Part shown: one piece after another, positions 37,851 through 48,588 of the stretch
Layout of the letters: every line of letters begins with the position of its first letter
Numbering within the stretch: the first letter of the stretch is position 1
Assembly: GCA_963745075.1 (NCBI GenBank)
Contig: CAVUWV010000020.1
Location: 64,001-128,000, forward strand
DNA: 64,000 bases
Direction of reading: 5' to 3'
DNA from: Candidatus Hydrogenedentota bacterium
Lineage (GTDB): Bacteria > Hydrogenedentota > Hydrogenedentia > Hydrogenedentales > SLHB01
Notes under the pieces: generated by a model
The model's input: only the letters and a program-made list of their open reading frames with translations
Database searches by the model: none
What the model was told of the DNA's origin: nothing
Made by a program: the position numbers and the translations under genes

Positions 37851-39119
37851 TTAAACCGATTCGTTCAACGAATCCGCCGCTTTACGCTTGAAACGGGCGA
37901 GGAGTTCGACGTGTTCGGTGTGGGGGAACATGTCAACGGCTTGCATGGCGATAAGGTCGTAGTGGGCCAGCAGGGTAGGTATCTCGTCAGCGAGGGCCCG
38001 CGGTTTGCAGGAGGCGTAGACGATTTCAGGGGGCTCCAAGGCGACGAGCCGTTTCAACGCTTTCGGGTGCAACCCCGCGCGCGGCGGGTCGACGACAACG
38101 AGACTGCTCGATTGAAACGCCTTTTGCGCGTGGAGGGTGTCACGCAGATAGTCCTCCACCTTTTGCGTGATGAAGACCACGTTGTCGACCCCGTTGACTT
38201 CGGCGTTGTGCGTGCCGTCGACGGAAGCGTCTTCGACGCTTTCGACGGAAACCACCCGGTCGACTCGGTCGGAACAACTCAGCGCGATCCCGCCGGACCC
38301 GCCGTACAGGTCGTATAAGAATTGGGGACGGCTCTCCTTCACCCATTCCCGAACAATGCCGTACATCTTCTCGGTGGCGTAGGTGTTGGTTTGAAAGAAG
38401 CTGAAAGGCGATAACCGAAACCGAAGGCGGCGAGGCTCCGAACCATCGGGAACTTCGAGCACCTCGTCAATCGTCGGCTTCCCTTCAAGCACGGTGATCG
38501 CGTCGGCAGCGGCGATTTCGGCGCGGCCCGTAAAAATGGCGTGTTGAATACTCTGGCTGGGGAAAGCGTCCTGAACCGTCCGGACGAAGGACTCCGTATC
38601 GAGTTCGTCCGCGTTGGTGATGAGCACGACCATTCGCTCGCCGGTCCGTTTGCCTTCCCGGACGAGCAGGATGCGCAGGAACCCGTCCCGCGCTTTGGAG
38701 CTAAATGCCGTTAGCTCGCGTTCGCGCGCCCAGTGTCGAACCCCACTCAACAGCGAGTCAATTCCTTTGGGGCCGATGTGGCATTCCTCGATGTCAAGCG
38801 TCCAGTACCACTTACCGGCGCGCTTGAATCCCAAAACCGTCTCGCGGGGAAAATCTTTCGGGGGCGGTTCCGGATAATGTTTGCGCCCGAAGTTCAGGTC
38901 CAGCTTGTTGCGGTAGTGCCAACATTCCGGTGAGGGCTCCACCAAAATTGGATCGGTCCAGTATGCTTCAAAAAGCTGACCCAGTTTCTCACTTTTTGCC
39001 TGGACCTGCCGATCGTACGGCACATCCTGAGCCGAGCACCCCCCACACTCGCCAAAATAGGGGCATCGTGATTCAACTGGCGGTGTCGACTGCTCTGGTT
39101 CGGAATCTTTGTTCACCAA
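37851..39119 (-). CDS. rlmD: 23S rRNA m5U methyltransferase (RlmD/TrmA family), no TRAM domain
   Basis: CPYFGECGGC Fe-S motif, YRNK, SFFQTN, DLYGGSG, DPPRAG, YASC and DMFPHT.HVE. Confidence 0.88.
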   Translation of the reverse strand: MVNKDSEPEQSTPPVESRCPYFGECGGCSAQDVPYDRQVQAKSEKLGQLFEAYWTDPILVEPSPECWHYRNKLDLNFGRKHYPEPPPKDFPRETVLGFKRAGKWYWTLDIEECHIGPKGIDSLLSGVRHWARERELTAFSSKARDGFLRILLVREGKRTGERMVVLITNADELDTESFVRTVQDAFPSQSIQHAIFTGRAEIAAADAITVLEGKPTIDEVLEVPDGSEPRRLRFRLSPFSFFQTNTYATEKMYGIVREWVKESRPQFLYDLYGGSGGIALSCSDRVDRVVSVESVEDASVDGTHNAEVNGVDNVVFITQKVEDYLRDTLHAQKAFQSSSLVVVDPPRAGLHPKALKRLVALEPPEIVYASCKPRALADEIPTLLAHYDLIAMQAVDMFPHTEHVELLARFKRKAADSLNESV

Positions 39120-39262
39120 GGACTTTTTCCGACCGGTGGAACGCTCATCGCATGTCTCTCCTCATTGGGGATTATACCGATGTGCGAGCGGTGATGGAAA
39201 AGGACGTAAACGAGAACTTGATCCGCCCCATTCGAAGTTCTAGGATGCCGGGACAACGCACT

Positions 39263-40144
39263 ATGAGCATCGAAATTACCCAAGATATCGCGCGCGCGCT
39301 CCTTCCTGAACGTCCGTCGGGCGGGCATAAAGGAACATTCGGCCACGTATTGATCCTGGCGGGATCCCGCGGTTTTACGGGGGCGCCTCGACTCGCTGCG
39401 GAAGCCGCGTGCCGGTCCGGCGCCGGACTGGTGACCGTTGGTGTTCCGGCGTCCCTATCCGATATTGTCGCCACCATGTTGATGGAGGCCATGAGCCTGC
39501 CCCTCCCGGCGACCGAGGCTGAATCGTTTTCTCACGATGCCGTCAGGCCCGCGTTGGAGGCTGCAAAGTCGCGGTCGGCGGCTGCCTTAGGGCCTGGGAT
39601 TTCGCAGCATGACAGCACGCAGCGCTTCGTCGCGGAATTTGTGGCCCAATGCCCCGTTCCGCTGGTGGTGGATGCGGATGGGCTGAACTGCCTGAGCAAT
39701 TCCCTGGACGCGCTCAGGGATTGCTGCGTTCCGGTCCTGCTAACCCCTCACCCCGGTGAGATGGCTCGCCTGGCCAAGTGTTCCACAGCGGAGGTCCAAG
39801 CGCATCGTCAAGAACTGGCTGTATCGTTCGCAAAAGCGCACGGTTGCGTTGTGCTCCTCAAAGGCCAAGGCACGGTCGCCGCGGCGCCGGACGGGGCGTG
39901 CAGCGTGAACGCAACCGGTAACGCCGGCCTTGGAACGGGCGGAACGGGCGATGTGCTGACGGGGCTGTTGGGCGGTTTGCTTGCGCAGGGAATGGAAGTA
40001 TACGACGCGGCGCGACTCGGGGCGTTCGTGCACGGTCTCGCTGGAGACATCGCCGCACAACAGCGAACGCAACGAGGCTTGATTGCACGCGACGTCATCG
40101 ACGCTATCCCTGCCGCGTGGCGCAACTTGGAAAAGGAAACCTGA
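39263..40144 (+). CDS. nnrD: ADP-dependent NAD(P)H-hydrate dehydratase
   Basis: HKG.FG, GA..LAA.AA.RSGAGLV, GPG, DADGLN, TPHPGEMARL, LKG and GGTGDVLTG. Confidence 0.92.
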   Translation: MSIEITQDIARALLPERPSGGHKGTFGHVLILAGSRGFTGAPRLAAEAACRSGAGLVTVGVPASLSDIVATMLMEAMSLPLPATEAESFSHDAVRPALEAAKSRSAAALGPGISQHDSTQRFVAEFVAQCPVPLVVDADGLNCLSNSLDALRDCCVPVLLTPHPGEMARLAKCSTAEVQAHRQELAVSFAKAHGCVVLLKGQGTVAAAPDGACSVNATGNAGLGTGGTGDVLTGLLGGLLAQGMEVYDAARLGAFVHGLAGDIAAQQRTQRGLIARDVIDAIPAAWRNLEKET

Positions 40145-40147
40145 GCG

Positions 40148-41131
40148 ATGCGGCGCCTGAGCGATGTTGGGGAATTCGGTTTCATCGATCGACTGTCGCG
40201 GCTCGTGCCGACCTCACCCTATGTTGTGGAAGGCATTGGGGACGACTGCGCAGTCCTGCGTGTATCCGATCGCCTCATGCTGGTTTCCACCGATCTCTTT
40301 ATTGAAAACGTCCATTTTCGGCGGGCCGGGATTTCCCCTGCCGACATTGGTTGGAAAGCTGCCGCCGCGTGCCTCAGCGACATCGCCGCCATGGGCGGAG
40401 CGCCGCTGTATTGTCTCACGTCGTTGGCGTGCCCGGCATCCGAACGGACGGCATTCATCGAGGGCATCTATCAAGGCATGTTGAGCGCTTTGTCACGTTT
40501 TGGCGTGGTCATTGTGGGCGGCGACACGACCCGAGCGCCCGAAGGCGTCACCATCGACGTTATGGCGATTGGTGAGGCGATCGGCGGGCGCTTCCTGCGT
40601 CGACGCGGCGCCAAGGTCGGCGACTACATCGTGGTAACCGGTGAACTGGGAAGTTCCGCGGCCGGGTTGCATGCCCTCACGAACGGGATCGACGACCGCG
40701 ATCTCATTCGCGCGCATATGTATCCGAGTCCACGGATTCTCGAGGGTCAGTGGCTCTGCGCACGCCCCGAAGTGCATGCCATGCTGGATATCAGCGACGG
40801 GGTATGCCAGGACGTCACGCATCTGGCTAAAGCGGCCAGACTCGGGGTCGATCTGTTCCCCGACCACCTGCCGGTAGCCCCGCAGTTGGCTCGCTATTGC
40901 GACGAGCATGGATTGGATCCACTGTCGTTCATACTGACCGGGGGCGAAGACTACGAACTCATCTTCGCGATCGACTCGACGCGGGCCGACGATATCCTGG
41001 AAACGTTCCATCACGAGTTCCACGCGGCCACGACCGTGGTCGGCGAGGTAACGGACGCGTGGACCGGCGTCCGAATCTGCGGAGAGTCGCCGGAAACGGT
41101 CGGATTCGACCACTTCAAGCAGGCCGAGTAA
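40148..41131 (+). CDS. thiL: Thiamine-monophosphate kinase
   Basis: GEFGFI, GIGDDCA, SDIAAMGG, GGDT, DISDG and GGEDYEL. Confidence 0.95.
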   Translation: MRRLSDVGEFGFIDRLSRLVPTSPYVVEGIGDDCAVLRVSDRLMLVSTDLFIENVHFRRAGISPADIGWKAAAACLSDIAAMGGAPLYCLTSLACPASERTAFIEGIYQGMLSALSRFGVVIVGGDTTRAPEGVTIDVMAIGEAIGGRFLRRRGAKVGDYIVVTGELGSSAAGLHALTNGIDDRDLIRAHMYPSPRILEGQWLCARPEVHAMLDISDGVCQDVTHLAKAARLGVDLFPDHLPVAPQLARYCDEHGLDPLSFILTGGEDYELIFAIDSTRADDILETFHHEFHAATTVVGEVTDAWTGVRICGESPETVGFDHFKQAE

Positions 41132-41192
41132 GCCCGGAAGCCACCGCAATCTTGCCCGCTTGCGTAATCGGCGCGAACCCCAATTCCGGATA

Positions 41193-41223
41193 TCTGAGAT
41201 CTCAAATTCAAGACCTCAGACTT
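41193..41223. repeat. Degenerate 7-nt tandem repeat (TCTCAGA-like)
   Basis: TCTGAGA-TCTCAAA-TTCAAGA-CCTCAGA between convergent genes. Confidence 0.5.
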
Positions 41224-41267
41224 GGCAGGCCGCGACCGCTTTCCCGTCCGAGCGCGAACGTGGCGCC

Positions 41268-41834
41268 TCAGGGTGCGTTGCCCTTCTTCCACTTGATGTT
41301 GCACCCCATGCTGGGCCGTTGTTCGGAAGGAACGGGTTTGCCCGCCAGCACGGTATCCAACGCCGCCCGCAGATCCTTGCCCGTTACCGGAACGTCATTG
41401 CCCGGCCGGCTGCCGTCGAGTTGTCCCCGGTAAACGAGCTTCCGATCCGCGTCGAACACGAAGAAGTCCGGCGTGCAGGCGGCGGAATATGCCTTCGCAA
41501 CGTCTTGCGATTCGTCGTATAAGTAGGGAAACGTGTAGCCGCGCATCCGGGCCTCTTCCGCCATCTTTCCGGGACTGTCGTCGGGGTGCGTCGTGACGTC
41601 GTTGGCGCTGATGCCCACCACGGCGACGCCCTTGTCCTGGTATTCCTTGCCGAGCCCGGCGAGTTCGTCCGCGACATGTTTCACATACGGACAATGGTTA
41701 CAGATAAACATTACGAGCAACGCCTTAGCATCTTGGAAGTCATCGGACGAAACCAGATTGCCTTGCGTATCGGGCAGACGAAAGACCGGTGCCTTGGTGC
41801 CCAGAGGAATCATCGTTGAAGGTGTCAATACCAA
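41268..41834 (-). CDS. Thioredoxin-family (AhpC/TSA-like) protein
   Basis: FICNHCPYV, YLYDESQ.VAK.Y.AACTPDFF and GCNIKWK. TTG start after AAGGAGG. Confidence 0.92.
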   Translation of the reverse strand: MVLTPSTMIPLGTKAPVFRLPDTQGNLVSSDDFQDAKALLVMFICNHCPYVKHVADELAGLGKEYQDKGVAVVGISANDVTTHPDDSPGKMAEEARMRGYTFPYLYDESQDVAKAYSAACTPDFFVFDADRKLVYRGQLDGSRPGNDVPVTGKDLRAALDTVLAGKPVPSEQRPSMGCNIKWKKGNAP

Positions 41835-41996
41835 TTGTCAGCCCTCCTTCTGATGCGGGGAATTGCGCTTGTGCGGGGTTGAATCACGCTTTCATGGTAG
41901 CGCAGGCGGGAAGGACTATGCGAATTGAGACGGAATGCGTGCGCCCGCCCTCGCTCTGTACACAAGCGAGGGCGGGCGTCTGGGGAGAGGAGAGGT

Positions 41997-42884
41997 CTAT
42001 TCAGATGGGGCTCGACCGGTCCGCTGCGTGCGCGACTTGGTCGTCGATTTGTACGCATTCAGATACGAATCGATCCGTTGGAGCCAACTCGTATCCAACC
42101 GCAGTTCAATCGAATCACGCAGACTCTGCGTCGGCGTCACCTGCAAATCCTGCTGAGCTTGTGGGTCGAACGACCGGTAAATCGAGCGCGAGTCGAGGTT
42201 GACGTCCTTGACCATCGTGTTTCGGCGAATGGTCAACGGCGCTTTGGCCCCGCGATCGAGTGCTGCGGCGCGCTTAAACGTGTTCGGGTCGGTCCCGTAC
42301 TCGTAGAGGAACACCGGACCGTACGCGCCGGTCCCGACGTCGACCTCCTCAAAGTACAGGTCCGTACCGGATTCGTAATCGAGCAGCGCGTCAAGCCAAT
42401 CGAAGGGCAATCCCGCTTCGTAGTCGTACGCGCCGAAGACGCGTCCTTCCGAGAATCCGTCGTTGTACCCGTCTTCCCAACCGCCATTGTCGTACTCGAC
42501 GTGCTGGTCGTAGTACAGGAAGTCCAGGTAATCGGGCCAGAATGCATTGTCGTACCCTTCGCTGAAGCCCAGGATAAACGCATAGTGGTAGTCGACGAAG
42601 TATCCGTCGTTGTACGCGTACCACACGCCATCCCAGTAGCCCGCGTCATACGGCGGCGAATCAAGGTACGGGATTCCGCTCGTGTCATAGTAGATGGGAC
42701 TGTACCCGAGCGTGTCGTACCCGTCGTAGTATCCGTCCCAATACCAATCGTCGAGCGCAAACCCATCATCGAAGCCCTGATCATAGGAACCGTCGGTCGG
42801 CGTGTCGGACGGACAGCCCGTCCCGAGTATCACCGCCGCCGCGAGTATCGGCATGCATAGAAGCAGTCTGATGTTCGTGCGCAT
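41997..42884 (-). CDS. Lipoprotein with Tyr/Asp/Gly-rich GYxDG repeats
   Basis: Lipobox ILGTGC, repeats YDQGFDDGF, YWDGYYDGY, GFSEGYD and GWEDGYNDGFSEG. GGGAGG RBS. Confidence 0.75.
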   Translation of the reverse strand: MRTNIRLLLCMPILAAAVILGTGCPSDTPTDGSYDQGFDDGFALDDWYWDGYYDGYDTLGYSPIYYDTSGIPYLDSPPYDAGYWDGVWYAYNDGYFVDYHYAFILGFSEGYDNAFWPDYLDFLYYDQHVEYDNGGWEDGYNDGFSEGRVFGAYDYEAGLPFDWLDALLDYESGTDLYFEEVDVGTGAYGPVFLYEYGTDPNTFKRAAALDRGAKAPLTIRRNTMVKDVNLDSRSIYRSFDPQAQQDLQVTPTQSLRDSIELRLDTSWLQRIDSYLNAYKSTTKSRTQRTGRAPSE

Positions 42885-42905
42885 GGCTTGTACCTCCCGC
42901 CGCCG

Positions 42906-45534
42906 TTAGCGACGTCCCCGGCCACCGCCAGAGGACGGCCGGCTGATGGAACGCGATGGTCCGCTGGACCCGCGACCGCTGCTTATCGAAGGCCGGCTGA
43001 TGGACCGGCTCGGGGCCGAGACCGAAGGCCGTGACGGCGCACTCGGCCGGCTAATGTGTGGCGTAGGCGCCGGGTTCGATTGCCGTGGCGCCGGTGGCGC
43101 CACACGCGTCGGTGCTGACGGTCTGCTGATCTGCGGTGAACTCGTCCGCGACGGCAAGTTTCTGGATACCGTCGGAGCGCTGCTGCGAGGTGTCGAAATC
43201 CGCGGCGACGGCGTCGTCACTTGCGGTGCACGACTCCGGGCAGACGGTGGCGTCGAAATCCGCGGCGCCGGTGCGCGCGTGGACGGCGTCGATGCGATTC
43301 GCGGCGATTCGGTACGCGAAGGCGGCGTGGCAATACGCGGCGACGGACTCGTCCGTTCGGTTCTGGACGGAGACCGCGAGATTCCGGCGCTGGACGACGG
43401 CGCCTCGGTTCGACGCGGCGACGGCGTGGCAATACGCGGACTCGTCCGTTCGGAGCCCGTTCGCTCAGACACCTGAGTTCTGGACTGAACCCGCGACGGC
43501 AAGCTCATGGAACTCAAGGGCGACCGTTCCGTTCGACCCGGCGAAGGCGTACGTGCAATCCGTTCAGTCGTCGGCGTGCTCGGAGACGCGTCTAATGTCG
43601 AAGTGCGCGAACGCGACGGCGGCGTCCGGTCCGAATTCCGGGTCACGCGCGAAAAGTCGGGGCGGCTGGTATCCGCCGCTGGCTGCCGGTCGGCGCGAGT
43701 CAGCGACCGGGCCGGTGTCCGTGTCGAGCGCGTTTCCGCACTGGACGTCCGGCGTTCCGACGGGGTATTGCTATGATTGTCGGTCCACGTGGACGCCCGC
43801 TCGCGCAGGGACGATGCACGGCGTCCCACGTCTTCGTCTCGTTGGGTAACCCGGCTCAGGATCCCGTTGGACCGCTCCGCGTCCGCATTTCGCAGGGTCC
43901 GCGTCGCGCCGCTACGGGGGGCGCTGGCCGCAGGCGCACTTGGGGCGTCCGCTCCGCCGCTCCGAATGCTGCGACCCTCGCGCCGATTGGTTCCGCCGAG
44001 TCGACCGTCCGCCTCACGAAGGGACGCAATGGTCCGTTCACTGCGGCGAATCGTGCTGCGTGGATCTTGTGAAGCATTGGGATTTATCCGCGCGGATCGC
44101 ACACGGGCGTCACGGGTCGCGTCGTTAATCGCGGTCCGAACATTGCGCGCTCGAATGGAGGTACCGTTGTTCGAGGCAAACCGCGCGCGGCCAGCCGTCG
44201 ATTCGAGCCGCGTAACCAGTTCGTCGGCCGCCAGGCGCGTACCCGCGCCTCCCGCCAAACCGCGAATCACGCGCTGTGGCGCATAGTCGCGGACCAGGGC
44301 TGTGGAGCCGTACGACCGATACGGCGCCCGGTTTCGATCGCCGATATTGATGTTCCAGATGTACACGTCGCCGTGATTGACGCCCGAGAAAATGCTGCTA
44401 TACGCGGGGTACGTGGCGCACGGACCGTAATACAGCAAGCTGGATGCCGTGCAATAGGAACTGGCGCCGATGCTGATGCGCACGTCGCCTACGGTAAAGG
44501 ACGCGCCGCCGTAGTAGCAGGGGCGGTCGTACAGGTCCAGAGGCGCCCAGACGAAGTTGTCCCCGTAGCGGACGGTAGCCGCCCATGCCGGCGACCAGAC
44601 CGGGTCGTAGCACCATAACCAACCGTAGCCGGAATTGTAGGTCCAGCGGCCATAGTGGGTCGTCGTGTAACAGAAGGGGTAACTGCCAACCCACGTGTAA
44701 CCGTAAGAGGGGACGTAGCTCCAGTAGCCGCTACGGTACGGCACGTAATCCGCAACCACAGTCGGCCGCCAATAGGTGCGGTTGTCCACGTACACCCAAT
44801 CTCCGTAGGAATTCAGATCCGAGTAGCCGATAGGGGTGGTATTGCGCACCGTCGTGGGGATCCCGGAATCGCCCAGGGCCAACGTTTTGGCCCGCTCCCG
44901 GTTCCACGAATCAAAGCTGTCTTCCTCACTGCGATCGAAGGGCATCGGCTCGGAAGGCAAGAGGCCCGGGTCGACATACACCCGGTACCCGGATGTTCAC
45001 CGCGACGGGTGCGCCACCTTCGACGGACACTACCGCACGGCCCCAGCGAACGCTTACGGTGGTCGACCCATCGCCGACCACGTCGAAGCGAACCTGCGTG
45101 TCTTTGTCCACGTTGACGATCGCCGCAGGCGTTTTGAAAACCACGTTACCCGTGCTGCGACCAACGCGCTGGACGTAGAAGGACCCGGTCCACGCGAGAA
45201 TGTTGGCACTCGGCGGCAACTGGTCGATTTCCGCCTTACTCTTGTCCGCCAACCGCAAGAAGGTCCCGCCGGACATTTCCACTTCAAGGATGCCGTCCTG
45301 GTCTACCCAGACAACGTCCCCCGGCAAGACAAGGGTGTTTACAGTCGCGTAACTCCAATCGGAGTCTTCGCTGCCTTTAACCAGCGCACCGCCGGAGTCG
45401 TAACTCACCCGTGCGTGCATCAGGTCGTCGGCCCATGCCCCGCCCGCGAGACAGAACGCGAAGAGCGCGGCGCAAAGAGCCAGCGCGAAGCGTCCTCGCG
45501 GGCAGGTAGCCCTGAATTTCGTTCCCGTTTTCAT
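42906..45534 (-). CDS. Secreted FecR-like + DUF6600 protein with long Arg/Ser/Pro-rich tail, frameshift at ~44996
   Basis: Signal peptide, ARVSY..G, W..A..N....GD; then FD.W...R, DL..YG.W, W.P....PY..G.W, T.HYGRW and W.PAW; low-complexity C-terminus. Removing one A joins the two ORFs. Confidence 0.8.
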
Positions 45535-45785
45535 ATCCGCACCTCCGGGCCGCGCCTCGAGAATATGGGGCCACTCGCTGGCTTACGGCCTGATTAACTC
45601 GCCTGTGAAAACGGACGACTTTGCACGTGCCGCATTCATTCGGAATCGGGCCAGTCATTGACTGTAGGATGGGGCGCTGCTAGACTCACTGTACAGAACC
45701 GTTAGAATTCACAGTATTTGCGGGTTTTCGGCGCTATCACTAGCATTCCAGCCATATTGGGGGGCACGGGGAAGGTTTGCATCCG

Positions 45786-47147
45786 ATGGAGGATGAGTTC
45801 GATCGCGATCAAATGCTCGCCGACCGTTTTCGTCTGGTCCGACGGCTTGGACACGGCGCCGTTGGCAGTGTTTGGCTGGCGCGGGACGTGCTGCTCCACG
45901 ACGAGCTAATCGCCTGTAAGATTCTGCTTCGGGCGTTTTCCGAAAACCGGCGGTCTATCGCAGACCTGAAACGGGAAGTCTTGCTCACACGCAAACTTCG
46001 GCACCCGAACATCGTGTCCATCTACTCGTTTTGGGAATTTCAACAAACCCGGTTTATTACGATGGAATATGTCGAGGGGAAGAGCCTCAGTCAGATGCTG
46101 GCAGCGCAGGATTCCCCATTCACCCTCGCCGAAATCCTACCCTGGTTCGAACCGATCAGCGCGGCGATCGATTACGCCCACGAGCACGGTATACTCCACC
46201 GCGATGTTAAGCCCGCCAACATCTTGCTGACGAAGGAAAACGACGTGCGGCTTGCGGACTTCGGCATCGCCCGGACTGCACGAGAGGCTCGCTCCCGCGT
46301 GTCGGGTCACGTGACCAGCGGGACGCTGCTTTTCATGAGCCCCGAGCAGCTTATGGGGGAGCCGCTGGATCATCGGAGTGACGTCTACAGTCTGGCGGCG
46401 ACCATCTACGAGCTGCTGTCGGGCGCGCCGCCGTTTTACAAAGGGTCGATTATTTCCCAAATCCAATCGAAAGAGCCTGCCCCGATACCGTACTGCGGGG
46501 AGGCCGTCAACCGGGTCATATTGAAGAGTCTTGAGAAACGTCCGTGCGACCGTCACGAGTCCTGCGGAGCATTGTTTGCGGAACTGGCTTCCGTAGCGGG
46601 ACATCATCCTGCCGGGCAGTCCTTTCCCGGGCGGATTACGCCGCTGCCCATGCCGACGGTCGATCCCAATGCGGAGACCGTCGAGTTACCCGCGGACCAG
46701 ACGGGCAGCAAGCCACTGGGCGCCTTGTTGACGGAGGCGGGACTGCTGACCGAGGAACAATTGGTCGAGGCGTTACTCAAACACGAAAGCACGCGCGAAC
46801 GGTTGGGCGCAGTCCTCGTCCAATTGGGATACATCTCGCCGGACGCCCTTGCCGAGGCGTTGGGCAAGCAACTGCGCATTCGTTCGATCCTGCTGACGAA
46901 CGCCGATCCGGATCCGTCGCTCCTGGACCTCGTTCCGGAGGAATCCGCCCGGCTTCATCGGGCCGTACCGCTGCGTCGCGAGGGCAACCGCGTGGTCGTC
47001 GCCATGGCCGATCCGTTGGACTTCGACGCACTCAACGCCCTGGAAGCCTTGCTCGACGCCCCGCTCGATCCACGCATTGCCACGGAAGCGGACGTCATCA
47101 CGGCCGTCGACCGCGCCTACAGCGAACGAACCGATCCGAAAACTTGA
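45786..47147 (+). CDS. Hanks-type Ser/Thr kinase fused to a C-terminal MshEN/T2SSE_N domain
   Basis: LGHGAVGSV, HRDVKPANIL, DFGIA and MSPEQ; C-terminal PLGALL..AGLL...QL..AL and RLG.VL...GYI....L..AL..Q, plus VAMADPLD. Confidence 0.88.
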   Translation: MEDEFDRDQMLADRFRLVRRLGHGAVGSVWLARDVLLHDELIACKILLRAFSENRRSIADLKREVLLTRKLRHPNIVSIYSFWEFQQTRFITMEYVEGKSLSQMLAAQDSPFTLAEILPWFEPISAAIDYAHEHGILHRDVKPANILLTKENDVRLADFGIARTAREARSRVSGHVTSGTLLFMSPEQLMGEPLDHRSDVYSLAATIYELLSGAPPFYKGSIISQIQSKEPAPIPYCGEAVNRVILKSLEKRPCDRHESCGALFAELASVAGHHPAGQSFPGRITPLPMPTVDPNAETVELPADQTGSKPLGALLTEAGLLTEEQLVEALLKHESTRERLGAVLVQLGYISPDALAEALGKQLRIRSILLTNADPDPSLLDLVPEESARLHRAVPLRREGNRVVVAMADPLDFDALNALEALLDAPLDPRIATEADVITAVDRAYSERTDPKT

Positions 47148-47328
47148 CGCACCCACCGAATTGACCTAGGATGGCCCGGTTGTCGCAGCGGGATGTGGGG
47201 GTCCGTGGAAATACCGCAGCATCGTTGATGCCTTGCGGGGATCCTTGCGTGTAATAGACTGCATGGCATGAAATGCGTGCACAGTTCGTCCAATGCGAAC
47301 GGTGCATCAACCAGGGAAGAATAGACCG

Positions 47329-48570
47329 ATGACTCTACCAGTCCGAATTCAACTTTCCGTCATGATGTTCTTGCAGTTCTTCATATGGGGCGCCTGGTAC
47401 GTAACGATGTACACGTACCTCACCGCGATTGGTTTTCCGGACACGAGCATCGGCGATGCATACAGTTGCGCCGGCTGGGGCGCCATTATCGCACCGTTCT
47501 TCGTAGGCATGATTGCGGATCGGTACTTCCCAGCCCAAATCGTGCTCGGGGTCATGCATTTGCTCGGGGCGGGTTTCATGTTTCTGGTCTCCAAAACAAC
47601 CGATCCGGCCATCTTTTTCTGGGTCTTGTTGGCCTATACGATCGCCTATATGCCGACCCTGGCCTTAACCAACGCCATCGCCTTCCACCAGATGGAAGAT
47701 CCGGGCCGGGAGTTTCCGGCCGTTCGGGTGCTCGGTACGCTGGGATGGATCGTCGCGGGACTTATCATCGGATTCATGAAGATTGAACCCACGGCAAAAC
47801 CTATGATGTTTGCGGCGGCTTGTTCCCTCGTGCTCGGCGTCTACAGTTTTGCGCTTCCTCACACCCCACCGCGCTCGAAAGGCAAGAAAGTGTCCTTCAG
47901 CGAGATTCTGGGGACCGACGCCTTGGTGCTCATGAAAGATCGCAGTTTCGCGATCTTCGTCATCAGTTCGTTGCTCATTTGTATCCCATTGTCCTTCTAC
48001 TACACCTTCGCCAATGGATTTCTGAACGAAGTCGGCGTTGTCAATGCCGCCGGCAAAATGACGATGGGACAAATGTCCGAACTGTTCTTCATGCTGGTCA
48101 TGCCGTTCTTCTTCAAACGGCTCGGTGTGAAGAAGATGTTGCTCACGGGTATGGTCTTTTGGGTGCTGCGATACGTACTCTTCGCCTTCGGCAACAGCGG
48201 TAGCCTTGTGATGATGTTCTATCTCGCCATCTTGTTTCACGGAATCTGCTACGACTTCTTCTTTGTGACGGGTCAAATTTACGTGGACAAGAAAGCGCCG
48301 CGTGAGATTCGGGCCAGTGCCCAAGGCTTTATCGCGCTGGTCACGTACGGCGTGGGCATGGTCATCGGCACCATGTTCGCCGGCCGCGTCGGGGACTACT
48401 ACAAGGTCGTCGCGGAAGACGGTACCGTGAGTCATCACTGGCAACAGATTTGGCTGATTCCTGCCGTCATGGCGGCCGTCGTCATCGTCCTCTTTGTCAT
48501 CCTGTTTACGGACAAGGACGTGGAGCGCGAGCCGGCAGCCGCGGAAGCCGAGCCGCAAGCGGAAGGGTGA
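47329..48570 (+). CDS. MFS nucleoside:H+ symporter (NupG/YegT-like)
   Basis: MMFLQFFIWGAW, G.IADRYF, YMPTLALTN, RV.GTLGWI and HGICYDFFFVTGQIY. Confidence 0.92.
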   Translation: MTLPVRIQLSVMMFLQFFIWGAWYVTMYTYLTAIGFPDTSIGDAYSCAGWGAIIAPFFVGMIADRYFPAQIVLGVMHLLGAGFMFLVSKTTDPAIFFWVLLAYTIAYMPTLALTNAIAFHQMEDPGREFPAVRVLGTLGWIVAGLIIGFMKIEPTAKPMMFAAACSLVLGVYSFALPHTPPRSKGKKVSFSEILGTDALVLMKDRSFAIFVISSLLICIPLSFYYTFANGFLNEVGVVNAAGKMTMGQMSELFFMLVMPFFFKRLGVKKMLLTGMVFWVLRYVLFAFGNSGSLVMMFYLAILFHGICYDFFFVTGQIYVDKKAPREIRASAQGFIALVTYGVGMVIGTMFAGRVGDYYKVVAEDGTVSHHWQQIWLIPAVMAAVVIVLFVILFTDKDVEREPAAAEAEPQAEG

Positions 48571-48588
48571 ACGAACTAAACGGGTACC

